Positions 48,239 to 61,500 of a stretch of DNA of 64,000 nt are shown piece by piece. The notes under the pieces are model-generated. The model worked only from the letters and a program-made list of their open reading frames with translations. It was not told the origin of the DNA and searched no databases. Numbering within the stretch: the first letter of the stretch is position 1; every line of letters begins with the position of its first letter. Source of the stretch: Tubulanus polymorphus (Eukaryota > Animalia > Nemertea); contig NC_134029.1 in the NCBI RefSeq assembly GCF_964204645.1, positions 10,132,850-10,196,849 of the forward strand, given 5' to 3'. The position numbers and the translations under genes were made by a program.

Positions 48239-51200
48239 CTAATCATAAAATGTTTACAGTAACAACGTAATAACAGGGACCTTTTAAATCATGTTGTAAT
48301 CCACCATCCTCCCGTCTGGTCTGGGATTCAACCTTCCATTTTCAATCACAATGTAAAAATTACCGTACGAGGCATTAGAATACACAAGTACACTTTCGAT
48401 CTATTCCTCCACCATCAAACAGAATCTTATTGCACGACCATCACCTTACAGCTTAAAAAAAATTACAAATCCATTTCTATAAGACTGGAAATTTAGGACA
48501 TTTTCAAACTTAGATAACATTCACTTGCCTGGGACAATAATATCAGATATCAGATATAGATACAATATACACTCACAAGGCATATCACATCTCATTCTAT
48601 TAAAGTATACCGGTAGTTTGAATTTTCACTTGAATATTGTGTATAAATGTACGCACGCATCTGATAAATGTATAGCCAAAGATTAACAATGACCTGTTAT
48701 TATGAAAAATTCTGAATTCTGTTAGAAAATAAACTAATAAACACATGCAAAAATAAGTATTTGACAAGCACAAAATGTGATAGATGTATCATACTCAAAT
48801 AACAACGAATATTCTAAATTAGAACTCTTTACGCGCATACCTGCCTATAATTAAAGACTTCTCTTTGAATACAAATCTCACATCTATTTTTTAGTTTATT
48901 GACACCATTAATAGTCAGACAATTTAAAATCTAAACCAAAACAAAGCCCTCGCAACAATGGCGATTCTACTATCATTATTATTCAATATTATCATTGTTC
49001 TCTTTAAGTGTGGTAATCACTACACATCCGATGCGAAAAAAAAAATACAATAATCCTGGCACTTCCCTGTATCATCTGTGCAAAACAGTTATCCATTTAA
49101 GTTTCAAATACCTTCATCATTCATAGCAATAATGTATTAAAAATCAATAATAATGATAGTAATTATATTATAATGAAATAATTAGTAATAATGATGTTCA
49201 TGAAAACTGACCATTTCTGAAAACTGACGGAAATCTAATATACTTGAATCATGCCTGTTAAATGAATGAATTCAATGGCTACATAGACTGACTGAATTTA
49301 CCCTCTTTCTTCAGGTATATGTATATATAGAATATAATATTCCTATCAATCATATATGCTTGTATAAAAAATAAGACCAAACTAAATAACTAGTGATAAT
49401 AATAACAATGAAAATATTAATAATAGTAACAATTGAAAATTTGTTTGCCGATTCCAAACACATTTTACAAATGTCCGTCTGCAGTTTTATCAACTCGAGT
49501 TATTCAATTTTCAATCAAAAGAAATATTGTTTAGCGTGTACAATCGGGCAAACCTCGAAACACTAGCCATAATTATTATATGTAATCATTATAATACCTG
49601 TACGTACTATTTCTGATAGTATGAGTTTGAAACGGATGAAAATACTGGCCAAATAAGAACACATATTTAACAACAAGGATATAACCAGAGACATGTTAAT
49701 AACGAATAGCTACATACGTGTAGGTCATATATGGGATAAAAAGCCCCGATCGAACCGTAAAGCATGTAAAAAGGATTGAATATATGACAGAGTCGATATT
49801 TTGATTCCTTTCAAAGACAAATATAATATCAATTTTTAATCAACAGATTATCTCCATAATGAATTAATTGATATAATTATTTCGATATACTTCAAAAAAA
49901 CATGTACTATCATCACTACAATTCTTTTTTGTGTCCATTTCTCTATGATGAAGATACTCATTTTCCTAGCCTAACTACTCACAGGCAGAACTCACGTAAG
50001 GCAAGCACACATGAAACAATGATTGTTAAAATAGTTGACACTATGTTACAGTATAGTTAAGACCCATAATCTTTTCTGAAGGGCCTTTTCATGGTAATGG
50101 CTTCATCAGTGTCAACAATTGTCTTGAGCTAACTACAGATTGTGGAGGCCAAGGTCAACTTTGTATATGCTGTATCCTATATACAATGTACATTACGTAG
50201 ATTGTGGTCGAAAAAGGAACTCCATGGAACAAACAAATTAATTTGCTACAACCAATAGTTTGCTATATCAAATGGGAATTAAATCATTTGCAAAATTTGA
50301 AACAAAATATAAAGTGAACATAACTGGCTGTGTAAGCGCCGTATTTTGGTGAATTCAGCACCAGCGAAGTAAGGTACTTCATAACTTTGTGTGAACGTGG
50401 CTAGTATCGAGTAAGGTGGAGACGGTTACACATTTTCCAAGTGGCCCATAGACATTTCATTACCTTACATGGAAAACCAATGGTGGGTACATACAGCAGA
50501 TTGATGATACCCACAAAGATTGCTGTAACGATGTTCCACAGTATTGGAAGATAGTCAGAGATCTCTTCGTGAAAAATCAGGTTTGAAAAATGGCTTCACA
50601 CAAAATGTCGAGCTTTCGATCGAAACCCAGATTAAAGTGATATCAGGCGTTCGTGAGCATTTTTTCCAGATTTAAGTGATGTAGCAAATTTGAAACACTC
50701 ATTAGGTTTGATTCATCACAAGACAACGCAAAGTGTATTTTGATTTTTTTTTTTGATTAAGGTTATATGCCAACAGTAAACATTCATTCACAATGCAGCA
50801 ATGATGGTGCGAACACTTAAATAAATAAGGCTAAAAATCAAGACTAAAATTTCAAATCACAAAAAAAATTGATACACGCATAGTAGCTTCAAATATAGAC
50901 TGAATAACTAAGTGGAATGTAAGGGAATATTTTTTCAGAATTAGGGGCTATGGATAAAAATTAACCCTAATCACAGGCATCGCACTGATTACGCAGCGGG
51001 TACAAAAAAGCTAAATATAATTCATTCTCAATAGCTATGTTGAATTTGAAAAAGACAAACGAAAAAGCTAAGAGCTTCAGACCCCCAATTTTTCTTTCTA
51101 AAATAGCAATATTAAGGGATCGTGTTCAGTTACCATTTTCATCTGCTCACTTAGCAATTACCTTATTTATTAATGAAAATGCATAAAAAATGTGCAGCAC

Positions 51201-52527
51201 AAGAATGTCTAACGCACCAAGGTTGTACAATAATACGGCTTTCATATTCAATAAACACAGGTCAACATTTCACCAGCAATTTGAAAGTACTTACTCCACA
51301 AAAATTGAATACAAAGTATCTCATATAAATGGAGAAACTTCAAATTATATTTCATTGATTCCCATCAGCCAAATGTCCAATAAGACTCTTCGGTTTAAGT
51401 GTAAAAATTGTGCGCTTCATTTTTGAGTAAATCCCTCGTCTTTATTCTGCAGTTGTTTTTTTTGTCAAGATAAGGATACGTATGTTTTGATCATTTTTCC
51501 AACTTTTTTGTCTATCTCGTTAAATGTTGATTCATTGTCAATTTGATTGTCCACTTTTCAATCATAGTTAGTTATGAAGACCTAGTTGGTGACCTGATTT
51601 CAACCATTTTTACAAAAGTACTTAATATAATGCGAGAACATGAAACTTGAATAATAATGTTTAACGATTCATACGCTTCGATATAACTGCCAGTCCTTCA
51701 CATACATATATACATGTACATACAGAGTAAGAAGGAACTATATAGCCAGCCTGCCCATCAATTGAACAGGCAAAAATCACCAATGTGCTGATAATAATAA
51801 TCAATGGTAACAAACCTATCGATCCAAATGAAATTGTCAGGTTATCTGGTGGGGGCAGATCATGAGATGTAGATGAAATACATTTTGAATGTTAATTAAT
51901 TCAAAATTAGTGTGTGCACACCTAGCCTGTCTATTTTTTTACACAAGTGTGCCAACGATCCCTACTTAACATTAACGTTTTTTGAGTCTTCTTCGTTCTT
52001 CAAATATACACGAGCCCGGTAAACGCACCTCCAATTCAATTGAGATTGATTAAACACAATGATCTCATTATCATTACAACCTTCCTCTTATTTCACTAAT
52101 ATAATAAAATATTCATAATATAATAGTCATAATAATAATAATGATACTAATTCGTCAGACCTTGGAAGATGAATTGACACAAGCTTTTGTTACGACAACC
52201 AACCAGCACTCTACACAATCCTGGTTCTTCATACATACATATACCTATATATTTACCGGTAATGTATTTGTATACATATATGTATATATGAAGCATAAAT
52301 GATTAAATTTTATATACATAATCCATATTAGATTTGTAACAATGATTTCATAGGATTATTAGAATGTTAAGACTAGACATTCGTAATATTTAATTATTAT
52401 TATATTATTCAGTTATCATCGTTACGATAACATTGTTTTTTCTTAAGTCCAATGACTATTATTTCTTATGATACTACTTTATATCTAATTTATTTATATG
52501 ATACAGTATATACAAAATCCATAGTTC

Positions 52528-52529
<2 letters not shown>

Positions 52530-52612
<83 letters not shown>
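52530..52612. repeat. (TA)n microsatellite
   Basis: About 41 uninterrupted TA units, followed by (CAT)n/(AAT)n low-complexity sequence. Confidence 0.98.
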
Positions 52613-52615
<3 letters not shown>

Positions 52616-54134
52616 ATATACGTATGCTGAAGAACATTTACACCAACTGTATATTTCCTTATATATTATTTACATCATCCTCATCCTCATCTTCATCATC
52701 ATCATCACATCGATAAACTGAAAATTTGTACATTTTTACAGACTTTACAATCAATTATAATAATCATTATAATTACAATAATAATAATAGTGGTATAATA
52801 TCAATTATAATAATAATGTTGGTTATTTCAACACAAAGCAGAAGAAACAGCATCAATAAGCATATTTCATCTGACCTTCATTCATCCCCACCATCCTCAT
52901 CCGCAACAAACGCAGCCGTTGCCCAATAAAGGAACTGTGTTACCATGGCAACGAATCATAATTATGTTTTACATTGGAGAGCGAATTGCCTGAACACATA
53001 AGTACTGCCATAGTTGTATAGAATGGGTGCCTTAAAACACCAGCCGCATCGAGGACTCATCAAATGACTACGAACCAGACCGTCGGAGGAAATTTTATAT
53101 TAGAGAAAATTTCATTTCACTACGAAATCTTGGCCTGAAAAGAAAAAATTAAAAAATGAGCTCATATTTTCCACTGAAAGATGCATTTTGACACTGCAAA
53201 GCAATAAAACATAACTCATCCCCATTAAAATACATTTAGTTGGCTTGTTGGATCATTTAAAATGTTTTTTTTAGATGTTATGGATGGAAATTGTAATGGG
53301 GAAGAGATATTAAATTCCATACCACAAATACAGTCAACACTCAATTATCCGCCACCCGCAGTTTTTCCACCCAAATCATGAATCCCTGAAAAATTTAGTT
53401 CTTTATCAATTACAGTCAACCCCTCATATACCACCCACATCGGTGCAGAACGATTTTGGCGGTATAGAGAGTATGGCGGTATATCGGGGGTTTTACTATG
53501 TATTTGTATATTGGGGGTTGACTGTACATCGCCTCGCAAGCACCCCTGGACATCCCCCAAAATGATCTCCCAAATCTCCCACGCGCAGCTTAGATGATGT
53601 CATTATCAGCCAATCAGATATCCCGTTCTATCTTAGCTCGGGTTTTTCCATCTATAATTCTTCCGTGAAATCTACCTCAGCGATTAAACAACGAACAATC
53701 TGATTGGTGCCGCAAGTTTTTGTGCAGCAAAGCTGCGTATGTACCTGCGCACCTAGTCTACTGCAGCAGGGGTTCATGCCTTGGCTTTGTGTAATGATGC
53801 CACCAGGTTCGAATCCTTGCCGTAGGAGGATGCAGCTGTTCCCTGAATATCAATTTAAATTCCTAAGATATTAACGCTCAATATGAAGAAAAAGAATACT
53901 TGAAATGAACAAGACCTTGTTCAGTGTCAACTTTTAAATTAAACTGTCATTTATTAGAATGACAGTTCTAAAGCCCTTCGCATGGGCGTGAACACAATCT
54001 GAGGCAAAGTCATGGTACAAAAAGCATAGCATAGCTTTCTGGAGTCGCGTAGAAGATGAAGATCTAGCCAATTACAACATCTGAGAACACAATTCAACTG
54101 AGATGAAGTAGGAATATAATTATCAAGATTATGA

Positions 54135-54720
54135 TCTACTGAGTTCACCTACTTGGGAGCTCATCTTACAGAAGACAGTCCAACAGGCCGCGAAGCATTA
54201 GCCAAACTGGTTATTGCTACTAGGCAGTTTTCGAAGATGAAGATCTGGAAGACACAGAACATAAAGAAAAAGTTCAGCTCAACTTATTGAAGGCTTTAGT
54301 AACATCGACTGCCCTTTATGACTGTGACTCATGGACATTCAAGTAACACCTAGAGGGTTGCATAGAAGCTCTTTGAAATGCGTCGTTTTAGGCGCCTACT
54401 CAATATACTGTACGTATGTATCATACCACAAATCAGTCTCTCAGGAATGAAGTGTAGGACTTACAGGGCCACATGAATCTCTCCTAGAAACAGTGGAGGC
54501 CGAAAATGCAATGTGGTTCCATCATGTATCTAGACATCCATCCACACTCCATTGTCCCATACAGTATTGCAGAGAATGGTCGTAGAGAATGGAGTAGACC
54601 TAATGGGGCAGACCTAAGACTCAATGGCTGGCCAACCTAACAACTTGAACAATACTATGTAACACTATGATTAGTGGATAACCAGAAGGGATGGAGGGAT
54701 GTTATTCAAGATATAAAGGT
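54135..54720 (+). pseudogene. Degenerate RTE-clade LINE 3' fragment
   Basis: EFTYLGA (54141), LYDCDSWT (~54314), FEMRRFRRLLNI (~54372) match the RTE C-terminal motifs F.YLG / LYGCESWT / FEM.C.RR.L.I. Multiple frameshifts. Confidence 0.75.
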
Positions 54721-56908
54721 GCCCCATAGGATAGATAGAACATCTACTGGATAGAGAAACAGAGGTAAGAAAGTAGGAAAATATCCAATGAAAATAAAAA
54801 CCGAACTATTCTTAATATTAGCCACATTTGTAAGCCATTACAACGCGAAATATAGCTGGAATGTACCTCAAACCGATTCCTTAATGTGCACAAAGTTTGA
54901 AAAACAAACAAAAAACAGTTGAGAATTGAAGGCTCCATGGCATCAATGAAATTTTTCAACATTCCCTTCTGGTGGCCACATTGGGAATCCCAATGACCTT
55001 AATTTCAAAAGGAATGTACCTTAGGCCAATTCCGACATGTATACTGAGTTTGAAATTAGTCAAAAATTGAAGGCTATATCTCACTAACGTTGCTTTTCCA
55101 CATGCTTTCTGTCCCTGGTAGCCACGATTTGATATGCTCATGAAATCTCATGATCCTAGATGAAAAACTTCAGAAGTTATAGAAGGAAACAATTGCACGA
55201 TGAAAGAAGACTTGCCCACAGTGGCATAAACCATTTATCCAATAAAAGTTAAATTAAGCCAATATCCCATAATATTTCTTGGTATTTACAGAAATTTCTT
55301 TTTGATGTTTTAAGGGTTTGCCTCAATCAGTACAAGTGAAAATTTAATTCAATTTCAGTACAGAAAAAATGCATTCACATATTTTCTGATTCTACGGGGA
55401 AATATCACAAGCTATTCCAAAGTAAAGTGACCCCAATGATCTTCAGGATATCTCTTTTTTTTATCTATGTATTATTTATTCAACAATCTGTAGTTATCAT
55501 ATTACCTCAAGCCTTATCAGTTTGGCACTGGTAAGAAGTAAGAAGTAAGAAATAATTTAGGAAATCGTTAGTTGAGATTGACAAAGGAAGACCACGATTC
55601 ATTTAAAAATCCAATTGTCAGTGAAATAACTTATAAATTCTTTTGCGAACATATTTTCAACGGCCAGAAGTTGCTAGATATGGTATAAACTAGCATAATC
55701 CCTTTTGGCCTAAAAATACTCCCTCCCCCAACTCTACCCTAGAAGCTGTGGACCACATATTTGCAACACATCATTATGAAAATCTCCTTCGTTAAGAGGT
55801 TAATCTAAAATTGTATCTTTTTCACATATTCATCATCCCCTGGGGGCCAAATGAAAAAATCTGGTGACCCTGAAAATTTGCACAGAGGTGTACCATTCCA
55901 TCTGCAACATATCTTTATAATGAAATATGTTTCTTGATAATGTTTCTTAATGAAATATGTAATTTGCTTTTTCAAGTATTCAACACCCCCCGGTGACCAC
56001 ATGGAATATCGTCTGACGAAACTTCGCACAAGGGCATGACATTCCATCAACAAAATATCGGCAAAACATTTTCATTGTCAAATCTGCTTCATTTAGACGT
56101 TTATCTCACATCCTCTTTATGGGTTAAGCATCCAAATACGGTAGCCGGTCTACCATCTTGGATCCAACCACGATAAAACGCCCGTGCACAACTAAATAGC
56201 CAAACAAGCATAAACTTACAAGAGAGCCAGTGGTTTGGGAAATGATCCCCGGACAAGATTCTGTCCATGGACAGATGCGGGACGAGCCGACTCCGGCAAC
56301 ACTTCATCGTATGGAAAGATGACATAATAACTAGATAATAATCATTTGTGGCCCAATCTAATAATTATGTTTTACGAGAACAACAGGCATCATCCGTTTT
56401 GGCCAATGTTGCCTCTCGTTCCATTTGTGGAGAGTCGCCACAAACTAATAAACGTGATAATTCTGATGAACAAATTTTCACCGTAGCAAGGAATCGAACA
56501 CCGACCCACAATTTCATAGACCAAGACGATAACACTGCGCCACATGCTATTGTAAATAGCTCCATTGATAAACTGTCATTCACTATATTCAATACACCAA
56601 CTGTGCCGCCATTCAATGAAAACCGCAACTGTGATAATACTAAGGTGGTGAAAAAAATTAACTTTTCTGGTGTATATGCTAGTTGTAGACACAAAATCTA
56701 TTAGGTACAAATATACAGTAGGCCTACATGAATACACATACATAAGCGTAATCGCTACGAAGATCTACAATGGCGTGTTGACAGAGGAGTTTTGTGACAA
56801 ATATTTCGACTCCTACGCCGATTATGGCATGATGAAATTTCACTGTAAAAATCTGGCCTAACTATCCGGGCCCTAATAATCTGCTAACAAGTACCTCGGT
56901 GAGATAAA

Positions 56909-58570
56909 CAGTAGAGTACGGATAAGTCGGATAGACTTAACTCGGACATATATGCATATATATGTCAGTCAATTTCTGAAGTCCCGGTCCTTTTGGGTAT
57001 AAGAGAGTACAAAGTCCGATTACATAAGTCAGACACGGATAAAATATCTTGGTCCAATTGAGAAATTATTATTACATTTTCATATGTGCTTCAAATAAAT
57101 AGTTAACCTATACAGTACTACTCGTCTCGTTACCTATTTTCATATATGTCTAATTAGGATTTAAAAAGTTCAAAATATTTCTTAACTGAATATATGCCTC
57201 ACGCATAGATGGCAATCATAAGCATAATCATCATTAATCATTAGTGTCGGTAAAACACAGAATAGACAAGTTACTTTATTGATTCAAGTTTAATATTGCC
57301 AACCATAGACTCTAAAGGCCGGCTTATGTCGACGCCTACCGACGCAACTGGGTCTCGCGCCGATAAGCGGCCTACGAGAGGCCGCTAGTTGCTGCTCTAT
57401 CGGTTCGACATAAGCCAGCCTACTGACTCGTCGCAAGCCGTATCCGGCTAGTTGCCCATGTTCTACTCCGGCCTACGGTAGGCGGACAGTTGCTTTCGAT
57501 GGCAACCGATATAAGCTCATCTGTGACGCGATGGAACTGAGAGCAGGGGTTTCAGCCAATAAAAGACCGCATACAGTACAAATTATGACCGCAAGTTAGC
57601 GTCATTCGTAATGAGTCATTAACTTTCAAATTCAAGTTGTTCAAAACGTAAACCAAACCTTCAGCACAGCAGATGACTGGACCAAGATCTAGAAACTAAA
57701 TTGGTAGAATTATGGTGTGAGCAGCCATCTTTATATGATGTTGCTAGCACTTTGTATTCAAAACAGAATCAGAAAGATAAAGATCTTAAAGAAATACCTT
57801 TCTAATAGAAATAGATTTCCCAATAATTCAAAATAATTCAAATCTATTCTCAAAATGCTTATTACGTGAGCATCTGAGCCGTTGCAGTTGCCAGTAATCG
57901 TAACCGACATAGGCAGGGAAGCAACTGGGAGGATCTTGTATCCCGCTAGTCGGCCTCAGTTGCTGCAAATCAAAGCACAGTCGACATAAGCTGGGCTGCG
58001 ATCGCGGTTGCTCTCAGTTGCGTTGGTAGGAGTCGGTAGGCGTCACGTTGCTTGTCAACATTAACCAGCAAAAGTCAATGGTTGGTCAGTAGTTGTGCAC
58101 AGATGGAATGTACATTTCAAATTCATAGAGAATGCTTTGAGCCGAGTATAAATAACAGGTGTTGATCATCCCCTTTGACCTTCCAATGCAGATGAGTTAG
58201 CTGGAGTATAAGCTGGTTTGACGGTTTGCCAGTTTGACGTGTCGCCATTATTCATATTGAAGCTGACTTGCCATTTTGGCTGGCGGTCGCTTGCGCCCAC
58301 TCACACACATTGTTTAAATAGGATTTTGTATAAATAGGTTTTTCGTTACGTGAATTAATAATTCTAAGGGAAAATGTTCAATTCATTCCTGAAAAATGAC
58401 AATTATTTGGTATCTATCACATTTAAGTATGCATTTCTTTACATGTGCATAATATGCATAACTTCTCATACGAAAAATACAATATTTTTGGAATACGTGT
58501 AACTCGGAATATGCGTAAGTCAGACTAAAAATGATTGTTTTGAGTGATCCAATTTACATGTTCGCTACTG
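56909..58570. mobile_element. pogo/Tigger-like element hosting a Harbinger derivative
   Basis: Begins CAGTAGAG, ends CGCTACTG|TA; repeated TAAGTC(G/A)GA motifs near both ends; degraded. Confidence 0.4.
57316..58046 (+). mobile_element. PIF/Harbinger deletion derivative carrying a MADF/Myb-SANT gene fragment
   Basis: TAA|AGGCCGGCTTATGTCGACGCCTACCGACGCAACTG is mirrored by CAGTTGCGTTGGTAGG..GTCGGTAGGCGTC. 57686-57805 encodes DLETKLVELWCEQPSLYDVASTLYSKQNQKDKDLKEI, a MADF-type signature. Confidence 0.7.
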
Positions 58571-61500
58571 TAGATGCCTTAACGCGTCACAGAAAAATTC
58601 AACTTATTATAAAGTTAGTGAATTGCTGAATGAATTAAATTTTTTAGCCTACAGCGCCTGCAGGGACAATTGCAAAGATAGGCTCCTTTTGCAAATGTAT
58701 GGGCTTATTTTGAGTACCACGAAAAGTATAAAATTCTTAGATGGTATTAATCTAAATACTCTTTTTCCGGAGAATTCGAAGAAAAATAACATTTTCTAAT
58801 AACATGGTATTGCAGCCAGGGTACATTAGAAAGTCATAATGAAGATACGGAACTAAAATTGATCAACAGCTTGAATGTCCAGATCAATCAAGAGCGACAA
58901 TTTTAAGCTTTAGTAGATGAAATAGCGTTTTATAAAACAAAACATGTCCAAGTTTATCAGTATTTTCAAAAAATTCTCCAGTAGTCCCAAATTTTCAAAC
59001 CAGAAGACGTTTTAAAAATCAGCATTGAGGTCTTAAAAATCTGTATTAGGTTAAATTACCGGGTACTAGGAGAAAAATTTGTGTTCCCGTTTTCTGACAC
59101 CGTACTAGTGGGCCATCTTCATCTTAGTACAGATGGCGCACTAGCACAGTGTCATATTGAGAGTAGTATAATTTTAGTTGACAATGAGTGACTGAGAGAT
59201 TTAAGAGAAAGGACGATGCAATTTGCCATAAAAACAAATGAATCAGGTGAATAAAAATCCGTAACAATTCTTCTAAAAACGCCGTATTTTCACATGATAT
59301 TCTGGAACAGTTACGGAAAAATAAGAACGGTCGGTAGCTCTGGTACACTACCAGCCGCTACATCTTATCTTCCTTTCAAAAAAACTTATTTTTGTTGATT
59401 AAGAGAATCATCCGATGAGGGCCCAATTATTTTTGTAAGTATTTTGTGACTGTGTGACTAGTCGCTGCAGATTCACCTTTGACAATACATTGTGACGACT
59501 CTCATACAGAGCTTGGTTGCAGGTCCCCAAACCCCTCTATAATGCTGATGCACAAACCAAGTTTCTTCAAATGAAACTAAGCCTGTTCTTATCAACCATG
59601 TTCAGAATGAGGCTTCCACCATTTGCATTATTCTGAGCTTCTGGGGAGGGTATGCACTAACTTACAAACTTGAAATGTTGACCAATTCAATTCAACTTCA
59701 TTTTGTCCAAACCCGATGCGTGAAATGACGATACAATTCAATTCAATTCAATTCAATAAATTTATGGATATTTCGAAATACGAAACATCGTAACACCATT
59801 AATAAAATTTCTATCATTGCAAAAAAAATTGATTAACTGATTTTCGACACTTTTTAAAATTCAAGCCATCAAAATCAATTTTGAAGATTTTTTCAATTCA
59901 AGTGCTTTTCAAGATTTTGAAAGTGCTGAATTCAAGGCTTTTCAAGGCCTTGAATTTCTTTTCGAGAATCACAGATTAAAAACCATGCATGGGGCCCAAT
60001 TCTATTAGACACAGTTTTTCTCCATGTTAAGATTGGTCTCAATGATCATCCAGTTAATTTACAATTTGGATGATACTGATGGCTGCCATTGCGATTTCAT
60101 TGTTTCTGTAAGCGCTGAATTGTCAAAATGGCATAACTCAGTCAGAAATTTTGATGTCACCGCATTAAATATAAGATGCTTGCATACAAAATGTCTAAAA
60201 GTTTTGGTGAATCATTTATCCTAAGGGTGAAGGACGAAGATACCCCCGAATATCTGTCATGTTCATATTCCAAATAATCGAGAATTACAAATCTAGGAGG
60301 ATGTTGATTTCTATACAGAGTTCCGAGGACTTGGGTGTCTTGTTTATCATGGGTTTAGAATAACTGTTTTGGGTAACAGAGGCAAAGTGTCAGGGCGGAT
60401 TTGGATGGCTTGAGCAGTAATAGGCAGGGCGGAAGTGGCTTGGGTGTTAATGGGTTAATAAAAAAAAACTAAATCTTTAAATTTTCTCACTAAATATATC
60501 CAGTACAGTAGACTTCACTCTCATTGGATCTCGAGGGCCCTATCATCGCTAAAGAAGGCAATTTCCGAGGTCCAAAGCTGGATCCATCGAAGAAAGTTCC
60601 ACTTCACTCAACAAAGCATAAATTCATGCTATCGTCCATATTATATGAGAAATGTGCTGACGAAGTTCACTATGAATATTCTGATCAGCAAAATGCATAA
60701 TAAATCAATTTTCAACTTATTTCTGTTGTACACAACACTTGACACCGTTGAGCCTTTCTAACATTACGAAAAAATCTAAGACAGTACACAGTATACGCTG
60801 CGTTTCTCGGTAGCATTTGACCGTTAATTTCTAGGAAAAGTCAAGAGTTGACCAGATATTAAGTTGAGAATTGGGGAAGTTGGGGAAAATTTTTCTTAAA
60901 AAATCTATATTAAAATTCACCAAATTGAGTGGTTTACCAACGATTTGACCAGTACCGAGCATTTATCAGCACAGTATGGTTATTTTCCCACCTACATAAT
61001 TCTTTTTATATCATTCATTTGATAGGTGGTGGTTTCTGTGCACTCTACTCAGCGGAATCAATAACCACTGGATACCCATTCAGTATACAGCAATGATACT
61101 TCACCGTCTAGATATAACTTGGAAATATCATGAATTCACAATTTCACAATTTTTAATCGAAATCTGGGACAGGTCTTCAGTGACCTTCAGTGACAAAGAA
61201 TTTATTTCCATGAATTATGAACATTCCGTTTAGTAGCGAGCAAGATATATTAGTATTAACTTTTCCAGGGTAAAAATCCAAACCATATCACTCTGAGGTA
61301 TACGAATTTCCGCAGAGGGATTCCGAGCTAGAGATCATTTTTTCAATGCAAATTGATACGTAAATATAAAGAATAGGCCTACTTAAATATCTTTCTGAGG
61401 CGAGTAAATTTCAGAGTTGGCCGATTCCGAGAAAAGTGAGGTCTGATGTATGTCTATCTCTTGGAGTCATCTTTAAAGTCACTGACAAACATACGTACAT

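Larger units (their letters stand above)
47500..53134 (-). other. Putative terminal exon and long 3' UTR of an unidentified minus-strand gene
   Basis: Strong minus-strand acceptor TTTTTTCTTTTCAG| next to 53134, with stops within 14 codons in all three frames. Followed by >5 kb of TE-poor, U-rich (minus) sequence with AATAAA signals on the minus strand (e.g. ~47530, ~44732). The coding frame is not established. Confidence 0.35.

Noticed and set aside
52452-52929. ORFs with YIYIYI and poly-N/I runs
   Set aside because: Translations of (TA)n and (AAT)n microsatellites.
56348-56704. 118-aa plus-strand ORF overlapping a 109-aa minus-strand ORF
   Set aside because: No recognisable domain, no convincing splice sites, and the strand cannot be decided from sequence alone.
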